Shown here piece by piece: positions 9,899-19,422 of a DNA stretch of 64,000 nt. The notes beneath the pieces were generated by a model. It was not told where the DNA came from. It saw only the letters and a list, made by a program, of their open reading frames with translations, and did not search any database. Source of the DNA: an uncultured Candidatus Saccharibacteria bacterium (GTDB taxonomy: Bacteria; Patescibacteriota; Minisyncoccia; Phycocordibacterales; UBA5272); contig CAYQUK010000001.1 in NCBI GenBank assembly GCA_964420875.1, positions 74,051-138,050 on the forward strand, given 5' to 3'. The translations under genes were made by a program, and so were the position numbers. The stretch's first letter is position 1. Each line of letters starts with the position of its first letter.

Positions 9899-10621
9899 AT
9901 GAATAAAAATACTTGTGGTGAGGAGGGGTGCTGTGGACAGGCTTGTGAGGACTGCCCATGCCAAAATGGTGGAGTTTGCCTAAATACTGCAAATGATGAG
10001 TCATGCGAATGTTGTGGTGACGAGGAGCTGGGTATGTATGGCATCGCAGAGAATGTGAATGCTGAGATAGGCGAGCCTGTTGAAGATTTTTGTGTAGATA
10101 AATATCAAGCTGGCAAGATAGATAAAGTATTTCTATCTGATTACGCTGGTAAATGGGTGGTTCTATTTTTCTATCCAGCTGATTTTACATTTGTTTGCCC
10201 TACAGAATTGGAGGAGCTCGCTGATATGTATGACAAGTTCACAAAGATAAATGCAGAGGTGTTGTCAGTTTCAACAGATACCGCATTTGCACACAAGGCT
10301 TGGGCAGAGTCTAGTCCTGCTATCAAAAAGGTCAAGTTCCCAATGCTTGCTGATCCAGCTCATGAGTTATGTGAGTATTTTAATGTTTTGATTCGTGACG
10401 ATGGTTTGGCTAGACGTGGGACATTTATCCTCAACCCAGAGGGAGTCCTAGTCAGCATGGAGGTTAATGACAATAGCATAGGTCGTAGCGCAAAGGAGCT
10501 GTATCGCAAATTGCAAGCTGCTCAGTTCGTGTACGAACACGGTGATCAGGTTTGCCCTGCGAGTTGGGAACCAGGAGACGACACTTTGACTCCTAATGAT
10601 GATCTGGTAGGAAAGATTTAG
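9899..10621 (+). CDS. 2-Cys peroxiredoxin (AhpC/Tsa family) with a ~50-aa Cys-rich N-terminal extension
   Basis: Peroxidatic Cys motif FTFVCPTE, resolving C near the C-terminus (GDQVCPASW) and the thioredoxin fold. The N-terminal 50 aa contain 12 Cys (CGEEGCCGQACEDCPCQNGGVC...CECCGDEE). Confidence 0.85.
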   Translation: MNKNTCGEEGCCGQACEDCPCQNGGVCLNTANDESCECCGDEELGMYGIAENVNAEIGEPVEDFCVDKYQAGKIDKVFLSDYAGKWVVLFFYPADFTFVCPTELEELADMYDKFTKINAEVLSVSTDTAFAHKAWAESSPAIKKVKFPMLADPAHELCEYFNVLIRDDGLARRGTFILNPEGVLVSMEVNDNSIGRSAKELYRKLQAAQFVYEHGDQVCPASWEPGDDTLTPNDDLVGKI

Positions 10622-10639
10622 AAAGTTAATTTAGAAATT

Positions 10640-10903
10640 ATGGATAACAATACACAAACAATCAACACAGCTGCACCAGCAGCAGAGCAAAAGGTTAATA
10701 TTGAGTGGGTAATAGTTCTACTCTTTGCATTTTTCTTGGGCTGGCTCGGTGTTCACAGATTCTATGTTGGTAAGATTGGCACAGGGATATTAATGATTGT
10801 GACTTTCGGAGGTCTCGGCATCTGGGCATTGATAGACCTCATCATCGTAGCCGTAGGGCAATTCAAAAAGAAAGACGGGACATTGATACCGGTTTTCAAA
10901 TAA
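10640..10903 (+). CDS. TM2 domain-containing membrane protein
   Basis: Two TM helices with GWLGVHRFYVGKIGTGILM...GGLGIWALIDL, characteristic of the TM2 domain. Confidence 0.7.
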   Translation: MDNNTQTINTAAPAAEQKVNIEWVIVLLFAFFLGWLGVHRFYVGKIGTGILMIVTFGGLGIWALIDLIIVAVGQFKKKDGTLIPVFK

Positions 10904-10920
10904 ATAGAGAAATAAAAGAA

Positions 10921-10946
10921 CGGACCTGCGAGGGTCCGTTTTTGAT
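10921..10946. terminator. Terminator hairpin after TM2 gene
   Basis: gaacggaccctcg-cagggtccgttttt type hairpin (ggaccTgcgaGggtcc) followed by a T-run. Confidence 0.5.
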
Positions 10947-11190
10947 AGGCTGACTTTTGGTCAGCGCTTGTGGAGTTGTTGCGGTGGAATGCCGGCGTAA
11001 GCATTGTTTGCGTTACGCTGTCGCGCTTGTTCGCGTTTTTCCAGCTTGTGCTCCGCTCTTTTCTTTGACCTTTTTGCGTCACCTGGGTGATGCTTACGTT
11101 TGTTATGGTTCAATCTCTTCTCCCGTGTCGTTGTAGACAAGAAAATACTAACATTACAATAAATAAAAATCAATATTAAAAATAGTTTTG

Positions 11191-11271
11191 TGCCAAAGGA
11201 GGGACTCGAACCCTCAAGCCGTGAAGCAAGCGATTTTGAGTCGCTCGTGTATACCATTCCACCACTTTGGC
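11191..11271 (-). tRNA. tRNA-Leu (anticodon CAA), type II with long variable arm
   Basis: Manual fold of the reverse complement: acceptor GCCAAAG/CTTTGGC, D-arm with GG, anticodon stem AGCGA/TCGCT with loop CTCAAAA, 13-nt variable arm, T-arm GAGGG-TTCGAGT-CCCTC, discriminator A. Confidence 0.82.
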
Positions 11272-11324
11272 TAGTTGAATATGTGGATTATATCATAAAA
11301 ATCTCATGCTATACTAATACAATT

Positions 11325-12410
11325 ATGGCAACAATTGAGAATGCGATCTACTGGCTCGAAGTAGAAAAAATTATCCCAAATCCTTATCAACCTCGTAAAG
11401 AGTTTGACCCAATACAACTCCAAGAGATGGCGGACAGTATACGCCAATACGGTATACTCCAGCCACTAGTTGTATCTCGTTTCGAAGAGATGAAAGAGGA
11501 TGGATCAATAGAGGTGGTATATCAATTGATAGCTGGAGAGAGGCGTTTGCGTGGATCAAAACTTGCAGGGCTGTCACAGGTGCCATGTATCATACGTGTT
11601 GGTGATGACAATAGAGAAAAGCTCGAGATAGCGATAATTGAAAACGTCGTACGTGAGAATCTAAATCCAGTCGAGCGTGGCATGGCGTATCAGAGACTAG
11701 CTGAAGAGTTCAAATTGACTTGGGTTGATATTGCAAAGAAGGTATCAAAGTCTCGCGAATATGTTTCTAATACTGTTCGTATTTTGATGTTGCCTCAAGA
11801 TATGTTGGATGCATTATCGAAAGGCAAAATCACAGAAGGTCATACCAGGCCGCTGCTGATGCTCATCGATAGACCAGAGGAGCAGGCGACATTGTTCAAA
11901 GAGATGCTAATTAGAAAAATGACAGTTCGTGAGGCCGAGGGCATAGCGAGACGTGTGGCGTATGACAAGGTTCGCAAGAAAAGTACATACATAACACCAG
12001 AGGTTGTAGAAATGGAGGAGGGGTTGGCACAATCACTAGGCACAAGAGTTACTATCGAGCCTCGTGAAAAAGGTGGAAAGATATCTATCGACTACTTTAC
12101 TTATGATGAATTGATGTCGTTATCTAGATTGATAAAAAACGCCAGCAGCAGCAAGACTCATGTAGGTATGTTCGATGCAATGAAAAATGACAATACTACA
12201 ATAGGTGGCTACACTGAGGAGTTACCAGTAGCCGATGTTATTAACACTTTGCCTACTGATCAGTTGGTGGATAATTTGCCAGCTGAGTATTTTGAGAATA
12301 ACAGCGTATTAGCAGAAGTAGCAGTGGATGACAGATCTAAAGAAGAGGTAGTGGCTGACAATAATACCGAGGATACTGATCTCTATAATATTAAAAACTT
12401 TTCTCTATAG
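11325..12410 (+). CDS. parB: Chromosome partitioning protein ParB/Spo0J with ~100-aa C-terminal extension
   Basis: ParB box (LQPLVVSR..., LIAGERRLRGSKLAG) and HTH (WVDIAKKVSKSREYVSNTVRIL); start placed at ATG 11325 because the upstream part of the ORF overlaps the tRNA; no parA adjacent. Confidence 0.88.
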   Translation: MATIENAIYWLEVEKIIPNPYQPRKEFDPIQLQEMADSIRQYGILQPLVVSRFEEMKEDGSIEVVYQLIAGERRLRGSKLAGLSQVPCIIRVGDDNREKLEIAIIENVVRENLNPVERGMAYQRLAEEFKLTWVDIAKKVSKSREYVSNTVRILMLPQDMLDALSKGKITEGHTRPLLMLIDRPEEQATLFKEMLIRKMTVREAEGIARRVAYDKVRKKSTYITPEVVEMEEGLAQSLGTRVTIEPREKGGKISIDYFTYDELMSLSRLIKNASSSKTHVGMFDAMKNDNTTIGGYTEELPVADVINTLPTDQLVDNLPAEYFENNSVLAEVAVDDRSKEEVVADNNTEDTDLYNIKNFSL

Positions 12411-12417
12411 TTTTGTT

Positions 12418-13887
12418 TTAACTAATAAAGAATCTATCCAACGGCCCACCATTTTCTTTTAGCCAGCTTCTAATGTGACGTTTTGCCATTGTTGTTTTGC
12501 ACATGTTGATCCATTTACGATTAGGCTTTGCTGTGTCACTGGTTTCTATTCTTACCACATCTTTATTTTTTAAAACATAATCAAAGGGTACTAGTTTGCC
12601 GCCTACATAGCTTCTCATCGCATGATCTCCAATGTGGCTATGAACAGTGTATGCAAAGTCTAGGGGTGTGGACCCGTCTGGTAAATCTATAACGTCGCCT
12701 TTTGGAGTAAAGATAAATACTCTGTGATTAAAAAAGTCCTCTTTTAAGTTTTTCAAAAAGTCTCCATGTTTTGAAACGTCTTTTTGCCACTCGAGCAATT
12801 CACGTGTCCAACTGACTTTTTTTGCCAAAGTATGTCTATCTATATCATTTGTACCAAGCTCTTTGTATGCGAGATGAGAGGCGATACCATATTCAGCCTC
12901 CTCATGCATTTGTTTTGTTCTGATTTGTATTTCTACAGTTGCACCAGTACCGGTAAAAACTGTGGTATGTAGTGATTGATAACCATTTGGTTTTGGTACT
13001 GCTATATAGTCTTTAAATCTGCCTGGCATCGGCTTATAAAAACTGTGTATCACACCCAAAGCTTGATAACAGTCACTCATATTTGGCACTATGATACGCA
13101 GAGCAATAATGTCGTATATTTTTGCGATATCATAATTATATTTTTTTAGTTTTTGCCAAAGAGAGTATAGGTGTTTGATTCTCTGGTCCACACGCTCAAT
13201 ATTTACCTCTAGTATGCGTAGCTCCTCATTAATTGTTTTTGATATCTCCTCCAATGTTGCCTCATCGGTAGACTGTATGGTTTTGAGTATTTCCTGGGTG
13301 CGTTTATATTCGTCAGGATAAACATAAGGGAAAGCCTTGTCCTCCAGCTCAGCCTTTAATTTTCCCATACCGAGCCTGTCGGCGAGACGTGCGTGTATCT
13401 CTAGAGTTTCGAGAGCTATACGTTTTTGTTTTTCTTTGTCTACATATTCGAGTGTTGATATATTATGCAGCCTGTCACAGAGCTTGATAACCACTACACG
13501 TATATCATCACTCATAGCAACAAAGAATTTACGTAAAGACTCGACATGTCTCTCGACTCCGTTGTATCTGACTTTTCCAAGTTTCGTGACACCTTCTACC
13601 AAGGTCGTTATCTCTAAACCGAAATCCTTTTCCATTTGCTCGTGGGTGTATGTAGTGTCCTCAAGCAGGTCATGCATCAGTCCGGCAGCTATTGTCTCGG
13701 CGTCCATCTTTTGATTTGCTATATTTATGGCTGTTGCTACACAGTGATTAAAATACGGCTCGCCAGATTTACGCAGTTGTCCCTCATGGAAACTTTTTGC
13801 AGTAAAATACGCCTTTTCTATTAGCTTTTTCTCATCAGCGTTCAAATAGTTGGCCGCTGCGTATAGACTTTCAATTGGCGTGTGCAT
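12418..13887 (-). CDS. rel: Bifunctional (p)ppGpp synthetase/hydrolase (RelA/SpoT homologue), short 489-aa form
   Basis: HD hydrolase motifs (HCVATAI...HDLLEDT), synthetase domain (DIIALRIIV, YQSLHTTV), TGS-like C-terminus; the C-terminal ACT/RIS region seems absent. Confidence 0.9.
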   Translation of the reverse strand: MHTPIESLYAAANYLNADEKKLIEKAYFTAKSFHEGQLRKSGEPYFNHCVATAINIANQKMDAETIAAGLMHDLLEDTTYTHEQMEKDFGLEITTLVEGVTKLGKVRYNGVERHVESLRKFFVAMSDDIRVVVIKLCDRLHNISTLEYVDKEKQKRIALETLEIHARLADRLGMGKLKAELEDKAFPYVYPDEYKRTQEILKTIQSTDEATLEEISKTINEELRILEVNIERVDQRIKHLYSLWQKLKKYNYDIAKIYDIIALRIIVPNMSDCYQALGVIHSFYKPMPGRFKDYIAVPKPNGYQSLHTTVFTGTGATVEIQIRTKQMHEEAEYGIASHLAYKELGTNDIDRHTLAKKVSWTRELLEWQKDVSKHGDFLKNLKEDFFNHRVFIFTPKGDVIDLPDGSTPLDFAYTVHSHIGDHAMRSYVGGKLVPFDYVLKNKDVVRIETSDTAKPNRKWINMCKTTMAKRHIRSWLKENGGPLDRFFIS

Positions 13888-13925
13888 GTTATACTTTATA
13901 CCATATAAAATAAAAATATAAAATC

Positions 13926-14336
13926 ATGACAGAAGAAATAAAACATCACAAGGGAGATACGCATTCTTATAAAGGGTGGCTCAATTCAGATTCATTTTTA
14001 AAAAGATGTTTTTCTATAGCTGGGTACAACTTTGTTGCATCACTTATCATTAGTATTCCTTTTTACATCATAATGTTAATCGCTGGGTTTGCATTGTTCG
14101 GTATGATGGGGGTAGGGAGTATGGATCATATGAATGATGTAAGAAATAATATGTCAGAGACTGCGCCTGCTGGGAAGGTGGACATAAAAGCAGTGTGCGA
14201 AAGCCTGATGGCAAACAGTGGAATGGAAAACACACCAGCTGCTGCTGTATATGTAAAAGCTTGCGTAGATGGTGATTATCAAGACGCCGTTAACATGTAT
14301 ATAAAAATGATGGGCGGCGATGGCAAGGCTATCTAG
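13926..14336 (+). CDS. Hypothetical membrane protein (136 aa)
   Basis: One or two predicted TM segments; clean ORF between two terminators; no recognisable domain. Confidence 0.45.
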   Translation: MTEEIKHHKGDTHSYKGWLNSDSFLKRCFSIAGYNFVASLIISIPFYIIMLIAGFALFGMMGVGSMDHMNDVRNNMSETAPAGKVDIKAVCESLMANSGMENTPAAAVYVKACVDGDYQDAVNMYIKMMGGDGKAI

Positions 14337-14372
14337 ATATCAAATAAAAATAGCCGCATAATGCGGCTATTT

Positions 14373-16556
14373 TTATTTACCTATTTTGTGAGGATTATGC
14401 ATCGGACACACCTTGCTGCTACATCTCTCTGGTATAGTTTTCGTACCCTCCATCATCATCTCCTGACACATGGTACACCAATTACCAGTTGGTTTGGTTT
14501 TGATCGCGTGTTTACAGTCAGGATAGTTTGAACATGAATAGAACACTCCAAATTTCCCACGCCTTTCCTCCATTACTCCGTCTGAACAGTGATTGCATGA
14601 CACTCCTGTAGACTTTGCGGCCTTTGCCTCAGCACTCTCCTCAATGTATTTACATTTTGGATATGTTGAGCAGGCGATGAATTTACCATATTTACCATCA
14701 CGCTCCATCAGCTCACCTTTTTTACATTTTGGGCAAGGTCTACCGAGAGACTTTGGTGGCTCAACTTCTGATCCATCTGGCTTCCTGGCACCGTCACAAT
14801 CTGGGTATCTAGAGCATGAATAAAATGTACCTGAGCGAGATAGTTTTTCTACCATTGTTGCGTTACATTTTGGACAAAGCATTCCCTCTGGGGCAGGGCG
14901 TAGGTTGGTGACTTTGTCTATATCTTTTTTGCTTTCAACTTCTGAGAGGAATGGTGTATAGAAGTCAGTTAGTACTTTTAAATATGTAGTGTCTCCATTT
15001 GCTATTTCATCCAGTTGATCTTCCATTTTGGCTGTAAAGTCATCTGATATGTATTTGTCAAAATGTAATGTTAAAAAGTCACTCACCACTTCTCCTGTCG
15101 GTGTTGGGAATAGTGTTTTGGATTGTTTTTCAACATAGCCACGAGTTTCGATGGTTGAAATAATAGATGCATATGTAGATGGACGACCTATACCACGCGC
15201 CTCCAGCTCTTTTACCAGTCCCGCCTCAGTGTATCTGTTTGGTGGCAGAGTCTCTTTTTCTATTACCAATATATCCTCAAGTTTTAATCCGGTATCAACA
15301 GATAGTTTCGGTAGCAAGACATCATCTCCGCGACCATCTGGGTCAGCAGCAAGCCAGCCTTCCAATTTTAATATTGACCCATTAACTGCGAATGTTGGTA
15401 CACGCTCGTCACTTGATCTCGCTATTATTTTGGTGCGGAGTATTGTCGCTGATATCATCTGACTAGCAATAGTGCGCTGCCATATGAGTTGATATAACTT
15501 TTTCTCATCATCAGTACTGCCTCCCGACATGTGTGCTGGGTGAGTAGGGCGTATAGCCTCGTGGGCCTCTTGGGCATTTTTAGATTTGGTTTTGTATGTA
15601 CGCAGCTCGACTTTGTCTTTACCATAATTTTTCTCAATGGTCGCAACTATCTCTGCTGTGGCGTCTTTCGAGATAGATGTAGAGTCTGTACGCATATATG
15701 TGATGAGACCTTTTTCATAAAGCTTTTGTGCCACACTCATAGTGCGTGATGGTGAGAATCCCAGTCTATTACTGGCTGTCTGCTGAATAGATGAAGTAGT
15801 AAATGGGGCATTTGGATTGCGCTTTGCCTCTGTCTCTTTTATATCCTCAATATGCCAAGATGATTTTTTTCCTAGTGCGCGTATCTCGTCAGCTCTCGCT
15901 TGCTCTTTTGGTACCTCATCACAAGACATTAATAGTTTGTATGTCTTTGACTCTTTTGCTTTGCCTACAGTTTCAAAATTACCTTCCAATTCAAAATATT
16001 TTTCAGGTATGAATGCACGTATTTCTTTTTCACGCTCTACCACTATGCGTAGTGCAGGTGACTGTACACGTCCAGCTGACAATCCGTATCTAACTTTTTT
16101 CCATATTATTCCTGATAGATCATATCCCACCAAACGGTCCAATACTCTACGCGCCTCCTGAGCCTCTTTTAAATGCATATCTATCTCGCGTGGATGAGCT
16201 AGCGCCTCCTTTACGGCATTCGGGGTTATCTCATGAAAAGTTACGCGCATTGCGGTGTCTAGTTTCAATTCATCTTTGATATGCCAAGCTATAGCCTCTC
16301 CTTCACGGTCGGGGTCAGTTGCCAGATATATAGTGTTTGCCTTTTTAGCGAGACTGCGTAGCTCGTCCAAAACCTTTTCTTTTTTAGGGTCCACAACATA
16401 TGTAGGTTTAAATCCATGTTCTATGTCTATCGCTTGTTTGTTAGATTTAGGTAAATCACGCACATGACCCACTGATGCACGTACGGTATATTCGCCATCG
16501 AGATACTTCTCAATTGTCTTTGCTTTGCTTGGTGACTCTACAATTAGTAATTTCAT
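14373..16556 (-). CDS. topA: DNA topoisomerase I with C-terminal C4 zinc-ribbon repeats
   Basis: TOPRIM N-terminus (MKLLIVESPSKAKTIEKYLDGEY), active-site Tyr region, three CxxC...CxxC zinc ribbons at the C-terminus; 727 aa. Confidence 0.95.
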   Translation of the reverse strand: MKLLIVESPSKAKTIEKYLDGEYTVRASVGHVRDLPKSNKQAIDIEHGFKPTYVVDPKKEKVLDELRSLAKKANTIYLATDPDREGEAIAWHIKDELKLDTAMRVTFHEITPNAVKEALAHPREIDMHLKEAQEARRVLDRLVGYDLSGIIWKKVRYGLSAGRVQSPALRIVVEREKEIRAFIPEKYFELEGNFETVGKAKESKTYKLLMSCDEVPKEQARADEIRALGKKSSWHIEDIKETEAKRNPNAPFTTSSIQQTASNRLGFSPSRTMSVAQKLYEKGLITYMRTDSTSISKDATAEIVATIEKNYGKDKVELRTYKTKSKNAQEAHEAIRPTHPAHMSGGSTDDEKKLYQLIWQRTIASQMISATILRTKIIARSSDERVPTFAVNGSILKLEGWLAADPDGRGDDVLLPKLSVDTGLKLEDILVIEKETLPPNRYTEAGLVKELEARGIGRPSTYASIISTIETRGYVEKQSKTLFPTPTGEVVSDFLTLHFDKYISDDFTAKMEDQLDEIANGDTTYLKVLTDFYTPFLSEVESKKDIDKVTNLRPAPEGMLCPKCNATMVEKLSRSGTFYSCSRYPDCDGARKPDGSEVEPPKSLGRPCPKCKKGELMERDGKYGKFIACSTYPKCKYIEESAEAKAAKSTGVSCNHCSDGVMEERRGKFGVFYSCSNYPDCKHAIKTKPTGNWCTMCQEMMMEGTKTIPERCSSKVCPMHNPHKIGK

Positions 16557-16568
16557 TTAGACTTCAGA

Positions 16569-17465
16569 TTACACTAGTTTTTTGATTTCGCCAAATGAGT
16601 CAGTTACAAATCCTTTTGATTCGAGAGTTGTGATGGCTATGAATGCCTCGTGAGCGAGGAGGCCAGATTTCTCAATTATGTCGTCGCGACTCATAGGGTA
16701 GTCGAGCATTTTTAATATTGTTTTCTCTTTATCTGTAACACTTTCAAAGAGTGTCTTTTGTTCAGGTTTGCTATTAAGCTTGAGCAGCTCGAGTATGTCC
16801 TCGCTACATACTACTGGGTATGCTCCATCTTTGAACAGCTGAGCTGTGCCACGTGAGAGAGATGAGAATATTGATCCGGGCACTATAGCTATGTCTTTGT
16901 TATATTCGAGACCGAGACGTGCCGTTATCTGTGTCCCAGATTTTTCTTCTGCCTCTACTATTAGTATGAGGTCGGCAACTGCCGCCATCAATCTGTTGCG
17001 AGCTGGGAATGTGTATAGCTGAGACTTTGTATCTGGTTCGTATTCTGATATTAATGCGCCACCATTTGTTAATATCTCATCTGCTAACACAGTGTTCGAT
17101 TGTGGATAGAGTACTGACCTATCCAGTCCAGAGCCAGGGAATGATATGGTTTTGAGGTTATACTTGATAGCTGCCCGATGTGCGCATGTGTCTATACCGA
17201 GCGCGAGGCCAGAGATGATAATAATGTCATGACCCTGGAGGCCAGAGAGTAAGTGATCTGTAGCGTCACGTCCATATGGACTGGCTTTGCGTGACCCAAT
17301 TACGCAGACCACACGAGTGCTTTCATTTTTTTCTAATGTGTTGCCCTCTATGTATAGTTCAGTAGGACATTGATGTATTTGTAGTAGTGGGGCGAGTAGG
17401 GGAAAGTTGTGAAAGTCTTTCTTTAATATGTGTGTGTATTTACTATCTTTGACTTCACTGTTCAT
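16569..17465 (-). CDS. dprA: DNA processing protein DprA (Smf)
   Basis: Rossmann-like DprA core (VIGSRKASPYGRDATDHLLSGL...IISGLALGIDTCAHRAAI); conserved dprA-topA linkage. Confidence 0.88.
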   Translation of the reverse strand: MNSEVKDSKYTHILKKDFHNFPLLAPLLQIHQCPTELYIEGNTLEKNESTRVVCVIGSRKASPYGRDATDHLLSGLQGHDIIIISGLALGIDTCAHRAAIKYNLKTISFPGSGLDRSVLYPQSNTVLADEILTNGGALISEYEPDTKSQLYTFPARNRLMAAVADLILIVEAEEKSGTQITARLGLEYNKDIAIVPGSIFSSLSRGTAQLFKDGAYPVVCSEDILELLKLNSKPEQKTLFESVTDKEKTILKMLDYPMSRDDIIEKSGLLAHEAFIAITTLESKGFVTDSFGEIKKLV

Positions 17466-17485
17466 CTTAGCTTAATTATACAAAA

Positions 17486-17528
17486 CAAAAAGCCGGAAGT
17501 TTTTGGTTATTAACTTCCGGCTTTTTGT
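17486..17528. terminator. Bidirectional terminator
   Basis: agccggaagtt-tttggttat-aacttccggct long hairpin with T-runs on both sides. Confidence 0.5.
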
Positions 17529-17540
17529 TTATGTTCTCGC

Positions 17541-17702
17541 TTAGTGATGTCCACCAGTTGCTGCCGGGGCTGCTGCTTTGATAGCAACTGCCGCGATCAG
17601 ACCTACTATCAATGCGAATTTTGTTGTGTCGGGCATGTTGTTGTTAACTAGTACAAGTACCAGTACAAATGCTCCTATTCCTGCTCCTACGTTAAATTTC
17701 AT
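17541..17702 (-). CDS. Possible small hydrophobic protein (53 aa)
   Basis: Minus-strand ORF I translated by hand (MKFNVGAGIGAFVLVLVLVNNNMPDTTKFALIVGLIAAVAIKAAAPAATGGHH), shorter than the 60-aa cutoff of the ORF track; ends right at the terminator; Gly/Ala-rich TM-like. Confidence 0.3.
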   Translation of the reverse strand: MKFNVGAGIGAFVLVLVLVNNNMPDTTKFALIVGLIAAVAIKAAAPAATGGHH

Positions 17703-17841
17703 ATTTTTTTGTATATATTTAAATATTAGTAACTATCCTTATATTATACTATTAACGAGTCTATTTGTCAAGTCTTGTGTAAAATAAGGCAAGAATAAAG
17801 CCCCTGGCGCGTACGCGCCAGGGGCTTGGGCCCAAGCCCAC

Positions 17842-19389
17842 TTACATAATCTCACTCCTCATCACTTTCCCTAGAATTGTTTTTCCAGTCCGATTGTCAA
17901 TCTTGTAAACAGAACCAGCATTCACTTTCAATGGGTTTTTGTGGTGTTTACAAATACTTGTTGCTTCGGCGTTGTCGATGCTAATGGAAACCCTTTCGCA
18001 CTCCTTGCCGACACTTGAAATATAAATGCCAGCAGATTCGACACTGACCCTATTTCCTTTCAGTCCTGTACCGTATTCAAAGAAAGGTTTTGGCGGGTCA
18101 CGATTGATCAGTCGCACAATTATTATCACCTCGTCACCTGCAGTTGATGTTGGTGTAGGGGTTGAGTTTGTTGTTGTCCGGCCTTCGTTGCTACGAGGTC
18201 CAGGAAGTGGCTCGAGACGTATTTTCGGACGTTCGTTCTCTGGAAGCATGAGCTTGGTCTCATCGAGTGTGCCGCTCAAGTTGAGATACATCAGCTTGGC
18301 CTCCTCAATCTCTTTGTCGCTAAGTCCACCGGTTGCGACTTTTCTTGCCTCCACATTCATGGAGGTGACAGTGTCTGTGTAGCGTTTTTTCCAGTATAGT
18401 TTCTCCTTTTCATTCGCTTTGTCAGTGAGGGCTTTTTCTGCGTCAGCTTTGGCTTTGGCAGCATCACCAGCTTTTTTATTTGCATCATTGGTTTCTTTAG
18501 CCGTTTGAGCAGCCAGAAAAGCTTTTATTTTTTTGACATCATCTCGAGTCGCCTCGATTAACAGCGAACTTTCAGTGTCAGCCAGGTCGTCGAACCACGG
18601 GCCATTGAAAAGTATTGGTTGACCATTGTCGTCAAGTACTGAAGATTTGTAGACGACAGGGAGTCCCGCATTTCGTAGGTTAAAGTTCTTCGTGTCACCT
18701 ACTTCTTTCAGTTCGATTTTGCTCGGACGCTTTTTGCCGCGCATTATGCCTTGAGCCATCACAGCAGTCTTGGGACCAACCAATACACATGAGTGGCCGG
18801 TGTCTTGGTTTTTTTCGTAAATGCTTATGTCTGGATCTCCGTCTACGAATGACGGCGGACATATGTAGCGAGCAACCTTACCGATGGCCATGATTTGGTA
18901 TTGCCCAAAGTAAGCCGTCACACAGATTATGACTACTGCCAGTCCAATGACGCTATATGTCTCATGTTTCTTGCGACCGATTAGGGCGTTACCGAGGGAT
19001 TTGAGTAGTGGGCCAGTTGCCAAAATCGCAATGAGGAAACTAATCGGTCCAGACCATTCCGCAAGCCAGTGCAATCCAGCCAACTGACTTTTGGCAAAGC
19101 CCTCAATGACTCCGAATAGCACCATGTACAAAATGGCGAAAATCGCCAAACCAATCAAGAAACCGATAGCTAACCATTTGAAACCTTTTGCGGCATAGTG
19201 TCTGATCAGTTCTGCAAAGGTGCGTTTTTGTTTCGTTTCTAGTTTCGATGTTTTATCGTTTAACTCTTCCACGTCATTTATCCTTTCGGGAGCAGGTTGT
19301 TGTAAAGATCGTCTCGAGCGAATCATTAAAGACTCTACCAGAGAATAGACTACAATATTTTTAAGTTTTTGTAAAACAAAGAGCCCCAA
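17842..19389 (-). CDS. Hypothetical membrane protein (up to 515 aa; 3-4 N-terminal TM helices, coiled-coil, T/P/S linker, C-terminal beta-rich domain)
   Basis: Long ORF, locally somewhat higher GC than genome average; no recognisable catalytic motifs; real start may be the internal Met (MIRSRR). Confidence 0.55.
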   Translation of the reverse strand: MGLFVLQKLKNIVVYSLVESLMIRSRRSLQQPAPERINDVEELNDKTSKLETKQKRTFAELIRHYAAKGFKWLAIGFLIGLAIFAILYMVLFGVIEGFAKSQLAGLHWLAEWSGPISFLIAILATGPLLKSLGNALIGRKKHETYSVIGLAVVIICVTAYFGQYQIMAIGKVARYICPPSFVDGDPDISIYEKNQDTGHSCVLVGPKTAVMAQGIMRGKKRPSKIELKEVGDTKNFNLRNAGLPVVYKSSVLDDNGQPILFNGPWFDDLADTESSLLIEATRDDVKKIKAFLAAQTAKETNDANKKAGDAAKAKADAEKALTDKANEKEKLYWKKRYTDTVTSMNVEARKVATGGLSDKEIEEAKLMYLNLSGTLDETKLMLPENERPKIRLEPLPGPRSNEGRTTTNSTPTPTSTAGDEVIIIVRLINRDPPKPFFEYGTGLKGNRVSVESAGIYISSVGKECERVSISIDNAEATSICKHHKNPLKVNAGSVYKIDNRTGKTILGKVMRSEIM

Positions 19390-19422
19390 TTGGGGCTCTT
19401 TAGTACGTGTGTTTCAAATTTT

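Noticed and set aside
10961-11257. 98-aa minus-strand ORF overlapping tRNA-Leu(CAA); its C-terminal half is a K/R-rich peptide (…KRLNHNKRKHHPGDAKRSKKRAEHKLEKREQARQRNANN…) resembling a small basic ribosomal-type protein
   Set aside because: The N-terminal part overlaps the tRNA gene. The K/R-rich part has no in-frame ATG/GTG (only a TTG without SD). It may be a real tiny basic protein co-transcribed with the tRNA, but I cannot support it.
17578-17787. 69-aa + strand ORF (MIATAAIRPTINANF...)
   Set aside because: It is antisense to a more plausible 53-aa Gly/Ala-rich minus-strand ORF ending at the terminator; AT-rich 3' half reads like intergenic DNA.
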